Assembly (NCBI RefSeq): GCF_003790525.1
Contig: NZ_CP033635.1
DNA: 64,000 nt
DNA from: Escherichia coli
GTDB lineage: Bacteria; Pseudomonadota; Gammaproteobacteria; Enterobacterales; Enterobacteriaceae
Direction: 5' to 3' (one strand)
Shown here: positions 27,999 to 36,488 of the stretch, one piece after another
How positions within the stretch are numbered: position 1 is the stretch's first letter
How the letters are laid out: every line of letters begins with the position of its first letter
The notes under the pieces: model-generated
Databases searched by the model: none
What the model was told of the DNA's origin: nothing
What the model saw: only the letters and a program-made list of their open reading frames with translations
Program-made: the position numbers and the translations under genes

Positions 27999-28199
27999 TC
28001 AGCCAGGTGGGCGGTTTTTGTTTGCTTTTAAGCGCCGAGGGTATTTCTCGACAAAAGGATCAAGGGCGAACTTATCAGGAACTTTAAGATTTTCAGTGCG
28101 GGTTAATGCCTTATTTATTTCCCTGCGGGTTTTCTCACGCTGGCGCATGATAATTGATAATGCTTTATTTTGTAGTTCCTGGTTATTCATAATTATCAC
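27999..28199 (-). CDS. Hypothetical small basic protein
   Basis: 66 aa ORF directly downstream of the RHH gene on the same strand; may be co-transcribed. Confidence 0.35.
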   Translation of the reverse strand: MIIMNNQELQNKALSIIMRQREKTRREINKALTRTENLKVPDKFALDPFVEKYPRRLKANKNRPPG

Positions 28200-28247
28200 C
28201 TTTAAAACAATGCGCCGCAGTACCTCACACCACGGCGCTGATAGTGA

Positions 28248-28427
28248 TTATTCTGATTCTTTGGCCTTGCGGCGCTGGCGGTATTCAACTTCTCGCTTTA
28301 ATGCTGCTGTTACAAACTGCCCTGTACTTTCACCAGGCATTTTTACCGCCTCAACATTGTTCATAACTTCATGCGGAACCCTTGCCGCAACTGTTTGTGA
28401 TTTTGCGTTTACTGCTTTTGTCGCCAT
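28248..28427 (-). CDS. Ribbon-helix-helix (CopG/Arc-like) DNA-binding protein, 59 aa
   Basis: Hand-translated (below the 60-aa track cutoff): MATKAVNAKSQTVAARVPHEVMNNVEAVKMPGESTGQFVTAALKREVEYRQRRKAKESE; palindromic operators lie just upstream. Confidence 0.5.
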   Translation of the reverse strand: MATKAVNAKSQTVAARVPHEVMNNVEAVKMPGESTGQFVTAALKREVEYRQRRKAKESE

Positions 28428-28477
28428 GTTGTGTACCCCTTACAAAAAACAAATGCAGTATGCAGGAAAAAAAATAA

Positions 28478-28530
28478 GTGTTCAACACTTGGCGTGTTTA
28501 ACACCTAGGCTTAAATTGGTGTTCAACACC
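28478..28530. promoter_or_regulatory. Three palindromic operator-like sites
   Basis: GTGTTCAACAC (28478-28488), GTGTTTAACAC (28495-28505), GGTGTTCAACACC (28518-28530) upstream of the RHH gene. Confidence 0.45.
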
Positions 28531-29571
28531 TTGTTGATGAAAGGTGCAGAAACGACGAAACCCCGCACTGTTGGAGCAGTAACGGGGCTTCTAACCACCA
28601 ACGATAGAAAGCGTATCGAGGTAGCTATGTTAAATCATACCACACACCCGCAAGGGCGGGACCCGCACAACCTGAATAAATACATCTGGCGTTTTATCGC
28701 CCTGAGCACAGCACAACCACGCGTTATTACCATCGGGGCCACCAGCGAACAGGAAGCCCGCCAGCAATCCCCGACTGGCTGGGTGATGGTATTGGCCTCC
28801 AGATTTCATCATCGCTGTTTGTTTTTTGTCTGTCTCTCCTCGGGGTATGGGGTTGTGCCGTTCCAGCGTATGCGGGGCCGTTCACTGATGAAGCGCTCAA
28901 GCGGGAAATTATCGGATGGCGCGGGGGGCCGTACCCGTCGTTCCCGCCTCCGCTGGCGTACCACGCTGGCTTCGGTAATTTCCCCTGATTCGTTTATTTT
29001 CATAAAGAGTTACCTCCGTGCTCATCTGCTCTGGCGTTTTCTGTTTCTGATGAAGACTTACAGCGGTAGCGGCGTATCTTATCTTAAGATTTGGTTTAAT
29101 TTCTCGTGTCTGGCTTTAATGACGGCGCGTAATAATATCTGTCGCTGCTTTGTGTTTACGTCCAGAACTGTGGGGGATAATATGGATTTGTTCATGGTGC
29201 TCACCTGTAATGCATTGCGTCGTGATGCCTCATATCACGGCGGCGGTTATCGTTTTGTTCGGATTCGTCCCCTGATGAAATCCTCAAGCGGAAAATGTTC
29301 AGGGCGAGGTAATTCAGGAGGGACAGGGTTATTACTCATGCGCTCACGTTCCCTTGCGGCGCGTGCAGCATTCAGCTTTTGCAGGAGCACATCAAACGGC
29401 ACCCCCTTATCATTCATGGTCCCCCCTGTATATCCGTTGTTAACTGATGGTTACAGGTGCATTTTTCGCACAAACTATTTAATCAACACATCCGACCACA
29501 TTATCAGAGAGCCGGAATATACAGGGGCAATAATCCCGCATTTGCTGGCCTACGCACAGCTTACCGCTGAT

Positions 29572-29859
29572 ATGGCACTGAATGAGGCCAAAGCCATCCT
29601 GATTGCTGATTGTGAATATGGGGTTATGCGTGATGATCGTTTTAATGCCCTGAAACAGGAATTTGATGGCACACCGGAAGATACAGATATTGCGCTGTTA
29701 TGTGTTGCTGACATGGTAAAAGCTGCATGTTTTTTACTGGAAACCGCCGAACATTCAGGAACGGGTAGCGATATTCTCAATATTGCGTCGGACTATGCTG
29801 AATATGTGGCAGAGGCGCGTTACAGAAGAAAATTCCAGGAGGTGGTTAGCCATGAATAA
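29572..29859 (+). CDS. Hypothetical protein (start uncertain; TTG at 29542 is an alternative)
   Basis: Only protein-like portion of the long stop-free frame; ends with an AGGAGG RBS for the next gene. Confidence 0.4.
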   Translation: MALNEAKAILIADCEYGVMRDDRFNALKQEFDGTPEDTDIALLCVADMVKAACFLLETAEHSGTGSDILNIASDYAEYVAEARYRRKFQEVVSHE

Positions 29860-30025
29860 TCATGAAGCGCACTTACCTGTAGTGCTTAATGTGCCATCTG
29901 ATTATACGGGGCGCGTTTTGATATTTCTGGATAAAGGGAAAGTGAAATCGCAATGCCGCCTTAGAAATAATGAGGTTATTGGTTCTCTGGCTTTTTTTCT
30001 GAAGCCTGTATTCGCGCCGGAATAA
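29851..30025 (+). CDS. Hypothetical small protein (57 aa)
   Basis: ATG overlaps the upstream stop (CATGAATAATC) with an AGGAGG SD 8 nt upstream. Confidence 0.4.
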
Positions 30026-30055
30026 AGCCGGAATCACTGACAGGAAAATAAAACC

Positions 30056-30355
30056 ATGAAAAAGAAAAATTCTGGCTTTACTGCCAGCGGCCTCGCTCGG
30101 CCTGAAATCCGTCCCGGCTATATTTTCCGTGATAACTACGGCGGTACGGTAACGATTAAAGGCGTGGCAGAACGGCGCATCACCTACCGCCATGAAGGTT
30201 ACGAATATGATTGCGTGATGCCTGTTTATCAGTTTGTGCGTGATTTTTCTCTTGTGCAGGCCGTACCGCGTAACGTGCCCACCAGCAGGGAGAAAGCACG
30301 CGCCAATATTCAGAAGATGAAAACCATGATTAACGGATTCAGGGGTAAAAAATGA
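30056..30355 (+). CDS. Hypothetical protein
   Basis: 99 aa ORF; 4-bp overlap with the primase start. Confidence 0.5.
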   Translation: MKKKNSGFTASGLARPEIRPGYIFRDNYGGTVTIKGVAERRITYRHEGYEYDCVMPVYQFVRDFSLVQAVPRNVPTSREKARANIQKMKTMINGFRGKK

Positions 30356-32100
30356 AACTGGCACCGAACGTAAAACTGCAGTCACGCGGCATAAAACACA
30401 AAGGAACTGAAGTCATTATTTTTGCGGGTAGTGATGCCTGGGCACACGCGAAACAATGGCAGGAACATGACGCGCGTATGGCCGGAGATAATGAGCCTCC
30501 TGTGTGGCTTGGGGAGCAGCAGTTATCCGAACTGGATAAGCTGCAAATTGTGCCGGAAGGCAGAAAATCCGTGCGTATATTCAGGGCCGGATATCTTGCG
30601 CCAGTAATGATAAAGGCGATTGGTCAGAAGCTGGCGGCGGCTGGCGTACAGGACGCAAATTTTTACCCCGAAGGAATGCACGGTCAGAAGTGTGAAAACT
30701 GGCGGCGTTATCTGAATGCTGAGCGTGAAAATATTGCTGCAGGGCTTACCATGCCGGAGCAGAAAAATACGCAACTGGCACAAATGGCAGACAGTGAGCG
30801 CGCACAGATGCTTGCTGGTCGATTTGATGGCGTTTGTGTGCATCCGGAAAGTGAAATCGTTCACGTATGGCGCGGCGGGGTATGGTGTCCGGTCAGCACA
30901 ATGGAACTGAGCCGCGAAATGGTGGCGATCTATTCAGAGCACAGGGCCACTTTCAGCAAGCGCGTAATCAGTAACGCCGTGGAAGCGTTAAAAGTTATTG
31001 CCGAACCAATGGGCGAGCCGTCCGGCGATTTGCTGCCGTTCGCCAATGGTGCGCTTGACCTGAAAACGGGGGAATTTTCCCCGCACACGCCGGAGAACTG
31101 GATCACCACGCACAACGGCATTGAGTACACGCCACCAGCACCTGGGGAGAACATCCGCGATAACGCGCCAAACTTTCATAAATGGCTTGAGCACGCAGCC
31201 GGAAAAGACCCGCGCAAGATGATGCGTATATGTGCCGCGCTGTACATGATTATGGCGAACCGGTACGACTGGCAGATGTTTATTGAGGCCACCGGAGACG
31301 GCGGGAGCGGTAAAAGTACATTCACACACATAGCCAGCCTTCTGGCAGGGAAACAGAACACGGTAAGTGCTGAGATGACATCGCTTGATGATGCTGGTGG
31401 GCGTGCGCAGGTTGTCGGGAGTCGTCTTATCGTCCTGGCAGACCAGCCGAAATATACAGGCGAAGGAACGGGCATCAAGAAAATCACGGGCGGTGACCCC
31501 GTGGAAATTAACCCGAAATACGAAAAGCGTTTCACGGCTGTAATCAGGGCGGTGGTGCTGGCGACCAACAATAACCCGATGATATTCACCGAACGGGCCG
31601 GAGGTGTGGCACGTCGTCGCGTGATTTTTCGTTTCGACAATATCGTCAGTGAGGCTGAAAAAGACAGGGAGCTACCGGAAAGGATTGCGGCTGAAATCCC
31701 CGTCATTATCCGCCGATTACTGGCGAACTTTGCAGACCCTGAAAAGGCGCGGGCTTTACTACTGGAACAGCGTGACGGTGATGAAGCACTGGCGATAAAG
31801 CAGCAAACGGATCCGGTTATTGAGTTTTGCCAGTTCCTGAATTTTCTGGAGGAAGCACGTGGCCTGATGATGGGTGGCGGTGGCGATTCCGTGAAGTACA
31901 CGACCAGAAACAGCCTGTACCGCGTCTATCTGGCGTTTATGGCATACGCAGGCAGGAGCAAACCGCTGAACGTGGCTGAGTTCAGCAAGGCCATGAAGCC
32001 AGCGGCGAAAGTTTACGGACATGAATATATAACGCGCAGGATTAAAGGGGTTACGCAAACCAACGTGACAACAACAGACGACTGCGACGCGTTTTTATAG
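30352..32100 (+). CDS. P4-family phage/plasmid primase-helicase-like replication protein
   Basis: 582 aa; C-terminal NTPase with Walker A GDGGSGKST and LADQP Walker B-like motif typical of the P4 alpha / D5 family. Confidence 0.8.
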   Translation: MKLAPNVKLQSRGIKHKGTEVIIFAGSDAWAHAKQWQEHDARMAGDNEPPVWLGEQQLSELDKLQIVPEGRKSVRIFRAGYLAPVMIKAIGQKLAAAGVQDANFYPEGMHGQKCENWRRYLNAERENIAAGLTMPEQKNTQLAQMADSERAQMLAGRFDGVCVHPESEIVHVWRGGVWCPVSTMELSREMVAIYSEHRATFSKRVISNAVEALKVIAEPMGEPSGDLLPFANGALDLKTGEFSPHTPENWITTHNGIEYTPPAPGENIRDNAPNFHKWLEHAAGKDPRKMMRICAALYMIMANRYDWQMFIEATGDGGSGKSTFTHIASLLAGKQNTVSAEMTSLDDAGGRAQVVGSRLIVLADQPKYTGEGTGIKKITGGDPVEINPKYEKRFTAVIRAVVLATNNNPMIFTERAGGVARRRVIFRFDNIVSEAEKDRELPERIAAEIPVIIRRLLANFADPEKARALLLEQRDGDEALAIKQQTDPVIEFCQFLNFLEEARGLMMGGGGDSVKYTTRNSLYRVYLAFMAYAGRSKPLNVAEFSKAMKPAAKVYGHEYITRRIKGVTQTNVTTTDDCDAFL

Positions 32101-32109
32101 TTTTAGACA

Positions 32110-32345
32110 AAAGCCCTCTACCCCTTCTACCTTAAGAAAATAATTACATATATTTCATGTTGATAGATTGGGTAGATGGCAGGTAGAAGGTACTTAAAAG
32201 CCCTCTACACCCTCTACCATAATTCAGGGCATTTGTGAGGGGGTGGTAGATGGCAGGTAGAGGGCCAAAAAAGCCCTCTACCCCGCTGAAATCCGCGCCA
32301 TTACTGACCTGAAAGATGATTGTGTAGAGAGGTAGAGGAGGTGCA
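32110..32345. repeat. Iteron cluster (putative island replication origin)
   Basis: About 12 copies of CCCTCTACC / GGTAGAGGG in both orientations (e.g. 32112-32131, 32171-32190, 32199-32218, 32241-32264, 32272-32285, 32328-32342) immediately downstream of the primase gene. Confidence 0.65.
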
Positions 32346-32386
32346 CCACAACACAAAACTTTTTAAACACGAGGGTAAAAATAAAA

Positions 32387-32644
32387 ATGCACACATCAGA
32401 AAAATTTAACAATCAGAAGAAATCACATAACCGCGCCATTGACCTTACAGAGCACTGGCTGAGGGTGGCGATAAAAATCATCGACCGCAACGCGGGAGAA
32501 GGATACGCGAAAGCGCATCCCGAACTGATTAGCGCATTCATGACCACAGCGGCGGCAAACTTTGCCACGCTGACACAACGGGAGATTGCCGAAGCGGAAC
32601 AGGTAACAACCATCAACGTTAAAACCAGTGAGGTGGAATCATGA
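32387..32644 (+). CDS. Hypothetical protein
   Basis: 85 aa ORF; stop overlaps the next start. Confidence 0.45.
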   Translation: MHTSEKFNNQKKSHNRAIDLTEHWLRVAIKIIDRNAGEGYAKAHPELISAFMTTAAANFATLTQREIAEAEQVTTINVKTSEVES

Positions 32645-33051
32645 CAGCACAGATAGCGGCTTACGGGCGGCTGGTGGCTGACCCGCAGTTAAAGACCACC
32701 AGCAAGGGGACACAAATGGCGATGGCGAGTATGGCGGTCCCCCTTCCGTGCAGCCAGGCAGATGACGGAACGGCGACGATGTGGTTATCTGTGCTGGCGT
32801 TTGGCAGACAGGCCGAAGCACTGGCAAAGCACCGCAAGGGTGAACTCCTGAGCGTGGCGGGTAACATGCAGGTCAGCCAGTGGACCGGACAGAACGGGGA
32901 AACGCGGCAGGGCTGGCAGGTTATCGCAGACAGCGTAATCAGTGCGCGGACAGTGCGACCGGGCGGAAAAACACGCAAAACCACAGGCGCACAGGGGAAT
33001 AAGCCACCAGCGGGAGGCGATGGCCCCTACGGAGATGATATACCCTTCTGA
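32641..33051 (+). CDS. Single-stranded-DNA-binding (OB-fold, SSB-like) protein
   Basis: 136 aa; layout resembles the SSB N-terminal OB fold (GRLVADPQL...W..VLAFGRQAE...QW..QNGE.R); C-terminal G/P-rich tail. Confidence 0.55.
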   Translation: MTAQIAAYGRLVADPQLKTTSKGTQMAMASMAVPLPCSQADDGTATMWLSVLAFGRQAEALAKHRKGELLSVAGNMQVSQWTGQNGETRQGWQVIADSVISARTVRPGGKTRKTTGAQGNKPPAGGDGPYGDDIPF

Positions 33052-33068
33052 ATCAGGCGGGGAGCAAC

Positions 33069-33389
33069 ATGAACAACAGCACACCGAAGAACCGGACAAT
33101 AAGCGACGCGACAGCAGAAGAACTCGAGAGCAGGGGACTGTGGCGACGGGCTGCCAGAAGGTGGCAGGATGTGATGATTACTCTTCAGGAAGACAGGCAC
33201 AGAGAACTTGCGGCAATGAGAGCAAGGGAATGTATCAGGAAGGCAAAGCGCCCGATACCTGAAAACCGTTATGATGTTCACGCAGTCAGAAGGGCCGCAG
33301 ACAGGACAATACAACAGATGGGGCTACCGTCGCTTACTGATGAAATATGGCGTGATTACCCTGATAACGTAAATGATGACGGTTATTAA
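33069..33389 (+). CDS. Hypothetical protein
   Basis: 106 aa charged ORF. Confidence 0.45.
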   Translation: MNNSTPKNRTISDATAEELESRGLWRRAARRWQDVMITLQEDRHRELAAMRARECIRKAKRPIPENRYDVHAVRRAADRTIQQMGLPSLTDEIWRDYPDNVNDDGY

Positions 33390-33468
33390 CAGGCGGGGAA
33401 ACACGACACCAGCGGGAGCGACACGGGGTAGCAGATGCCGCTGGTGGAACAGCACAAAGGGGGAGAAC

Positions 33469-34053
33469 ATGACAAAGCTGACCATTAACCGAAAACCAAA
33501 AGGCATATACGGCACACCGCAGAAAAAGACGCAGGAGGCTGAACAGCCGGATAAAACCACACCAGCGCAAAAGCAGAGCCGCGAGCAGAAAACACAACAG
33601 AAGACGGCAGCAAAACGCAAATCAGAAAAGAGCCGGAAAAAAAATATCAGACGCGTTGAACGCCTTGCCGCGCTCTGGCCTGAACTTTTCAGCCAGGAAT
33701 CGCCCAGACCGCTTAAGGTTGGCATATTTGATGACCTGATGGAGGATATTACTGCGAGAGGTATTTCATTAGGTCAGGGAGCGCTTCGCGCAACGCTGGC
33801 GTATTATGTCAGTTCAGTGCGATATTACCGTTCCCTGATGGCTGGTGGCGTGCGTTACGACCTGAAAGGCCATCCGTGCGGGGAGGTGACACAGGAGCAC
33901 CAGTTGAACGCGGGGAAGCGACTGGATGAGATGAAGAAAAAACAGCAGGAGCGCAGAAACATGAAGGCAGAAAATAAGCATAACGGTAAGCCACCAGCAG
34001 GGCATAATATTATTCTGAAAAATGCCAGTTCCTCGGGCGTACGGAAAGCATAA
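33469..34053 (+). CDS. ProQ/FinO-domain RNA-binding protein
   Basis: Lys-rich N-terminus followed by LAALWPELFSQESPRPLKVGIFDDLMEDI...LRATLAYYVSSVRYYRSLMAGGVRYDLKGHPCGEV, close to the ProQ N-terminal FinO domain; start at ATG 33469 with GGGGGAG RBS. Confidence 0.65.
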   Translation: MTKLTINRKPKGIYGTPQKKTQEAEQPDKTTPAQKQSREQKTQQKTAAKRKSEKSRKKNIRRVERLAALWPELFSQESPRPLKVGIFDDLMEDITARGISLGQGALRATLAYYVSSVRYYRSLMAGGVRYDLKGHPCGEVTQEHQLNAGKRLDEMKKKQQERRNMKAENKHNGKPPAGHNIILKNASSSGVRKA

Positions 34054-34075
34054 AACCCTGACCACATGAAGAGAC

Positions 34076-34105
34076 GAAGCCGGAGTAGTCCGGCTTTATT
34101 TTTTA
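34076..34105 (+). terminator. Rho-independent terminator
   Basis: AAGCCGGAGTAGTCCGGCTTT followed by ATTTTTTAT. Confidence 0.55.
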
Positions 34106-34130
34106 TGGGTCCTTTCCGGCATGTGGACCC

Positions 34131-34300
34131 GTTACGGGGCGGCGACCTCGCGCAAAACAACTCCTTATGAAATTTTTACGGGAAATTCAGATCCGTTCTT
34201 CTTTTTTGTAAGTCATTGTGTATATTGAATTTTATTTGTTCTGAGAAAGGATCTGATAAGGCTTCGTTTCGCCTGAAAAGGCAGTTTTAAGATCCTTTCT
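34131..34300 (+). other. Lambda-type cos site (cosN plus cosB-like region)
   Basis: GTTACGGGGCGGCGACCTCGCG matches the lambda cohesive-end region (12-nt GGGCGGCGACCT at 34137-34148); downstream TTATGAAATTTTTACGGG and CCGTTCTTCTTTTTT resemble lambda cosB elements. Confidence 0.65.
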
Positions 34301-34340
34301 TAAAAAAACGGGTCATTTTCTTGCTGGAGGGGATGCTGGT

Positions 34341-34925
34341 GTGAGGGTTAACAAGAAAAAGCTGGCTGAGATTTTTGATGTTGATGTGCGGACTATATCC
34401 ACCTGGCAAAATCAGGGGCTGCCGCTGATATCAGGCGGCGGGAAAGGGAATGAAGCGATTTTTGATACGGGAAAAGCGATTGAGTGGTTCGCTCAGCGTG
34501 AGGCCGACATTGAAAATGAAAAACTTCGTAAGGAAGTCGACGATATGCGCGTGGCTGCTGAGTCGGATCTGCAGCCCGGTACGATTGATTACGAACGCTA
34601 CCGTCTCACAAAAGCACAGGCAGATGCGCAGGAACTTAAAAACGAGCGCGATCGCGGTGACGTGATTGATACAGAGTTTTGCATGTACGCGCTTTCAAAA
34701 CTGGCGAGACAGATTTCATCAATCATGGACAGCCTCCCGCTTACTATGCAAAGGAGCTTCCCACAGATGACCCCCGCCATGCTGGATGGCCTGAAAAAAG
34801 AAGTTGTCAGAGCCTGTAACGCATGCACAAAACTTGATGAAAACATCCCGCGAATGCTGTCCGATTATCTGATGGAAACTACCGGAAATGTGCCTGATAA
34901 GTTTCAGCCGGATAAAGACAAGTAA
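34341..34925 (+). CDS. Nu1-like small terminase subunit homologue (candidate packaging-redirection factor)
   Basis: MRVNKKKLAEIFDVDVRTISTWQNQGLPLISGGGKGNEAIFD...ADIENEKLRKEV...LQPGTIDYERYRLTKAQADAQELKN closely parallels lambda Nu1; GTG start. Confidence 0.75.
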   Translation: MRVNKKKLAEIFDVDVRTISTWQNQGLPLISGGGKGNEAIFDTGKAIEWFAQREADIENEKLRKEVDDMRVAAESDLQPGTIDYERYRLTKAQADAQELKNERDRGDVIDTEFCMYALSKLARQISSIMDSLPLTMQRSFPQMTPAMLDGLKKEVVRACNACTKLDENIPRMLSDYLMETTGNVPDKFQPDKDK

Positions 34926-35086
34926 CGTAGTGCACAATGACCGAAGCCAGTTTACTGACTGGCTTTCAGCGTTGCGCTGGTGGGCGTTATGCGTCAGTGA
35001 TGAACAAAAAACAATCGAAATCGACACCGAAAAATAAAACATCAAGTCATATCAATATATTGCATTGGTGGTGATAACGAATAAAA

Positions 35087-35467
35087 ATGCAAAAACTAGC
35101 CTTTTTCCGCGATGCTCCCGCCCCGTGGCAGGGCACCCCACAAGGAGGACCCGCCATCACTATGGAGGACATGACCATGACCATGACCGAGACCGAAGCG
35201 ATCGGGATAATCCGCAGTATTACCGGAATCAGCCAGCAGGCTGGCGAACAGGAGGCCACGCAGCCGGACAGCGTGATAGCCGAAAATTACGCGTGTGTTG
35301 TTGCTGAGGTGATGCGCCGTGATGGTATTGAGCTTAACGGCGTGGATATGCGCAACATACGAACCAGAGTCCTTGAGTTGCTGGCATACCGTCGCCGTTC
35401 TCAACAACGGAGGGAGAGCGCGAAAAACACTTATCAGTGGAAGAAGCCGGAACGGTTGCGGCGGTAG
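35087..35467 (+). CDS. Hypothetical protein (true start may be the internal MEDMTM...)
   Basis: 126 aa ORF; last protein-like ORF before the right att. Confidence 0.4.
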   Translation: MQKLAFFRDAPAPWQGTPQGGPAITMEDMTMTMTETEAIGIIRSITGISQQAGEQEATQPDSVIAENYACVVAEVMRRDGIELNGVDMRNIRTRVLELLAYRRRSQQRRESAKNTYQWKKPERLRR

Positions 35468-36293
35468 ATTCCTGATATTCAGGAAAACCACGAATCCGGG
35501 GGTTTTACTGGCGCGGTGTACACGGTGGAACGCATAGCGTTACCTGACTTATTGCATTGTAAAAAGTTAGAAAGGCACGGCCTGTAAGATGGGATGTTGT
35601 GAGTAGTTTAAAGCTACCCGCAAATTCTTTCGTTGTGCTGGCACAGGCGGTTAAACCGTCGGTAACTGGATAATCCCCACTGGGGGAAAAGCTGGCTACA
35701 TCCCTCACATCTGAGGACTGATAATGCGACATTGCGCTGGCTGGTGGGTGAGTTGCAGATTTGCAACTCGACCATGAAACTACGGAAACTACCCGTAGTT
35801 TGGGTAGTAAGAGTAACACCCAGATTTTGGGGCTTACTCGCGATACCCAAATAAAGGGTATCGGTGGAAGAAATATCGTTTCTCATATGTAAGTACCGAG
35901 GGCGGAATTCCGCCTTCGGTTACTTATTGTGCTCATTCACAGGGAGGGGCGGGTCAAATCTCTGTACCCTGACGTCTTCAGGACTGCCCGCCCCATCGAT
36001 TTTTTATACCCGCGAAAAATGAAAAACGCTTCACGCTGGTGGGCCTGATGCCGATATGGGGAGCCGCATACCGGAGAATATCCACCAGCACGGCAACAGC
36101 AGAATAGCCCCGACACAGAAAAACCACGAATATGGGGTTTTTGTTATGGCATGGTCATGATGACCGCCCCTGCTCTGAATGGTGGAAATCACCACGCAGA
36201 TCATCCACCAGCTTCATGACGGATAGCCGGAAAATGATAATGATTAAAGCGTGTTGATCTTTGTTCGCGGTTGTTCGATATTGTTCGTGAAGC

Positions 36294-36317
36294 GGTGTAG
36301 TTAATGGTGTAGTTAAT
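36294..36317. repeat. Island attR direct repeat
   Basis: GGTGTAGTTAATGGTGTAGTTAAT, 23/24 identical to attL. Confidence 0.65.
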
Positions 36318-36488
36318 ATCACTGTTTTTGACGGGCTTGTTATTTGCAACATAATGAAAAATAAAGACTAATTAACTAAATGATATAAGATAGTTATCTA
36401 TCATGTGGAGTAGATTGGTCAGGCAAATAAGCTCTTGTCAGCGGCAGGGCGTTCTGCCGATAACCGTAACCGAAGATGATAACTGACA

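Larger units (their letters stand above)
25946..36317 (+). mobile_element. Phage satellite island (PICI/P4-like, cos-type) integrated between cspD and clpS
   Basis: 24-bp direct repeats GGTGTAGT(C/T)AATGGTGTAGTTAAT at both ends; int, alpA, P4-family primase, iterons, cos, Nu1-like gene; interrupts K-12 cspD-clpS adjacency. Confidence 0.7.

Noticed and set aside
28885-29291. CUGAUGA...GAAA motifs resembling a hammerhead ribozyme core
   Set aside because: The putative stem II is only 3 bp in one copy and absent in the others, and the GAAA element is missing from the second copy. The motif is better read as a plain direct repeat.
27871-29859. 662-aa ORF on the + strand spanning the island regulatory region
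   Set aside because: The translation is Arg/Cys/Ser-rich and lacks protein-like features for most of its length. It overlaps two better-supported minus-strand genes (RHH and the 66-aa ORF) and the operator palindromes. Only the last ~95 codons (29572-29859) look like a real protein.
35505-35886. Two overlapping minus-strand ORFs (104 and 90 aa) at the island right end
   Set aside because: Low-complexity translations with no RBS, embedded in the hairpin-dense region, which I treat as non-coding.
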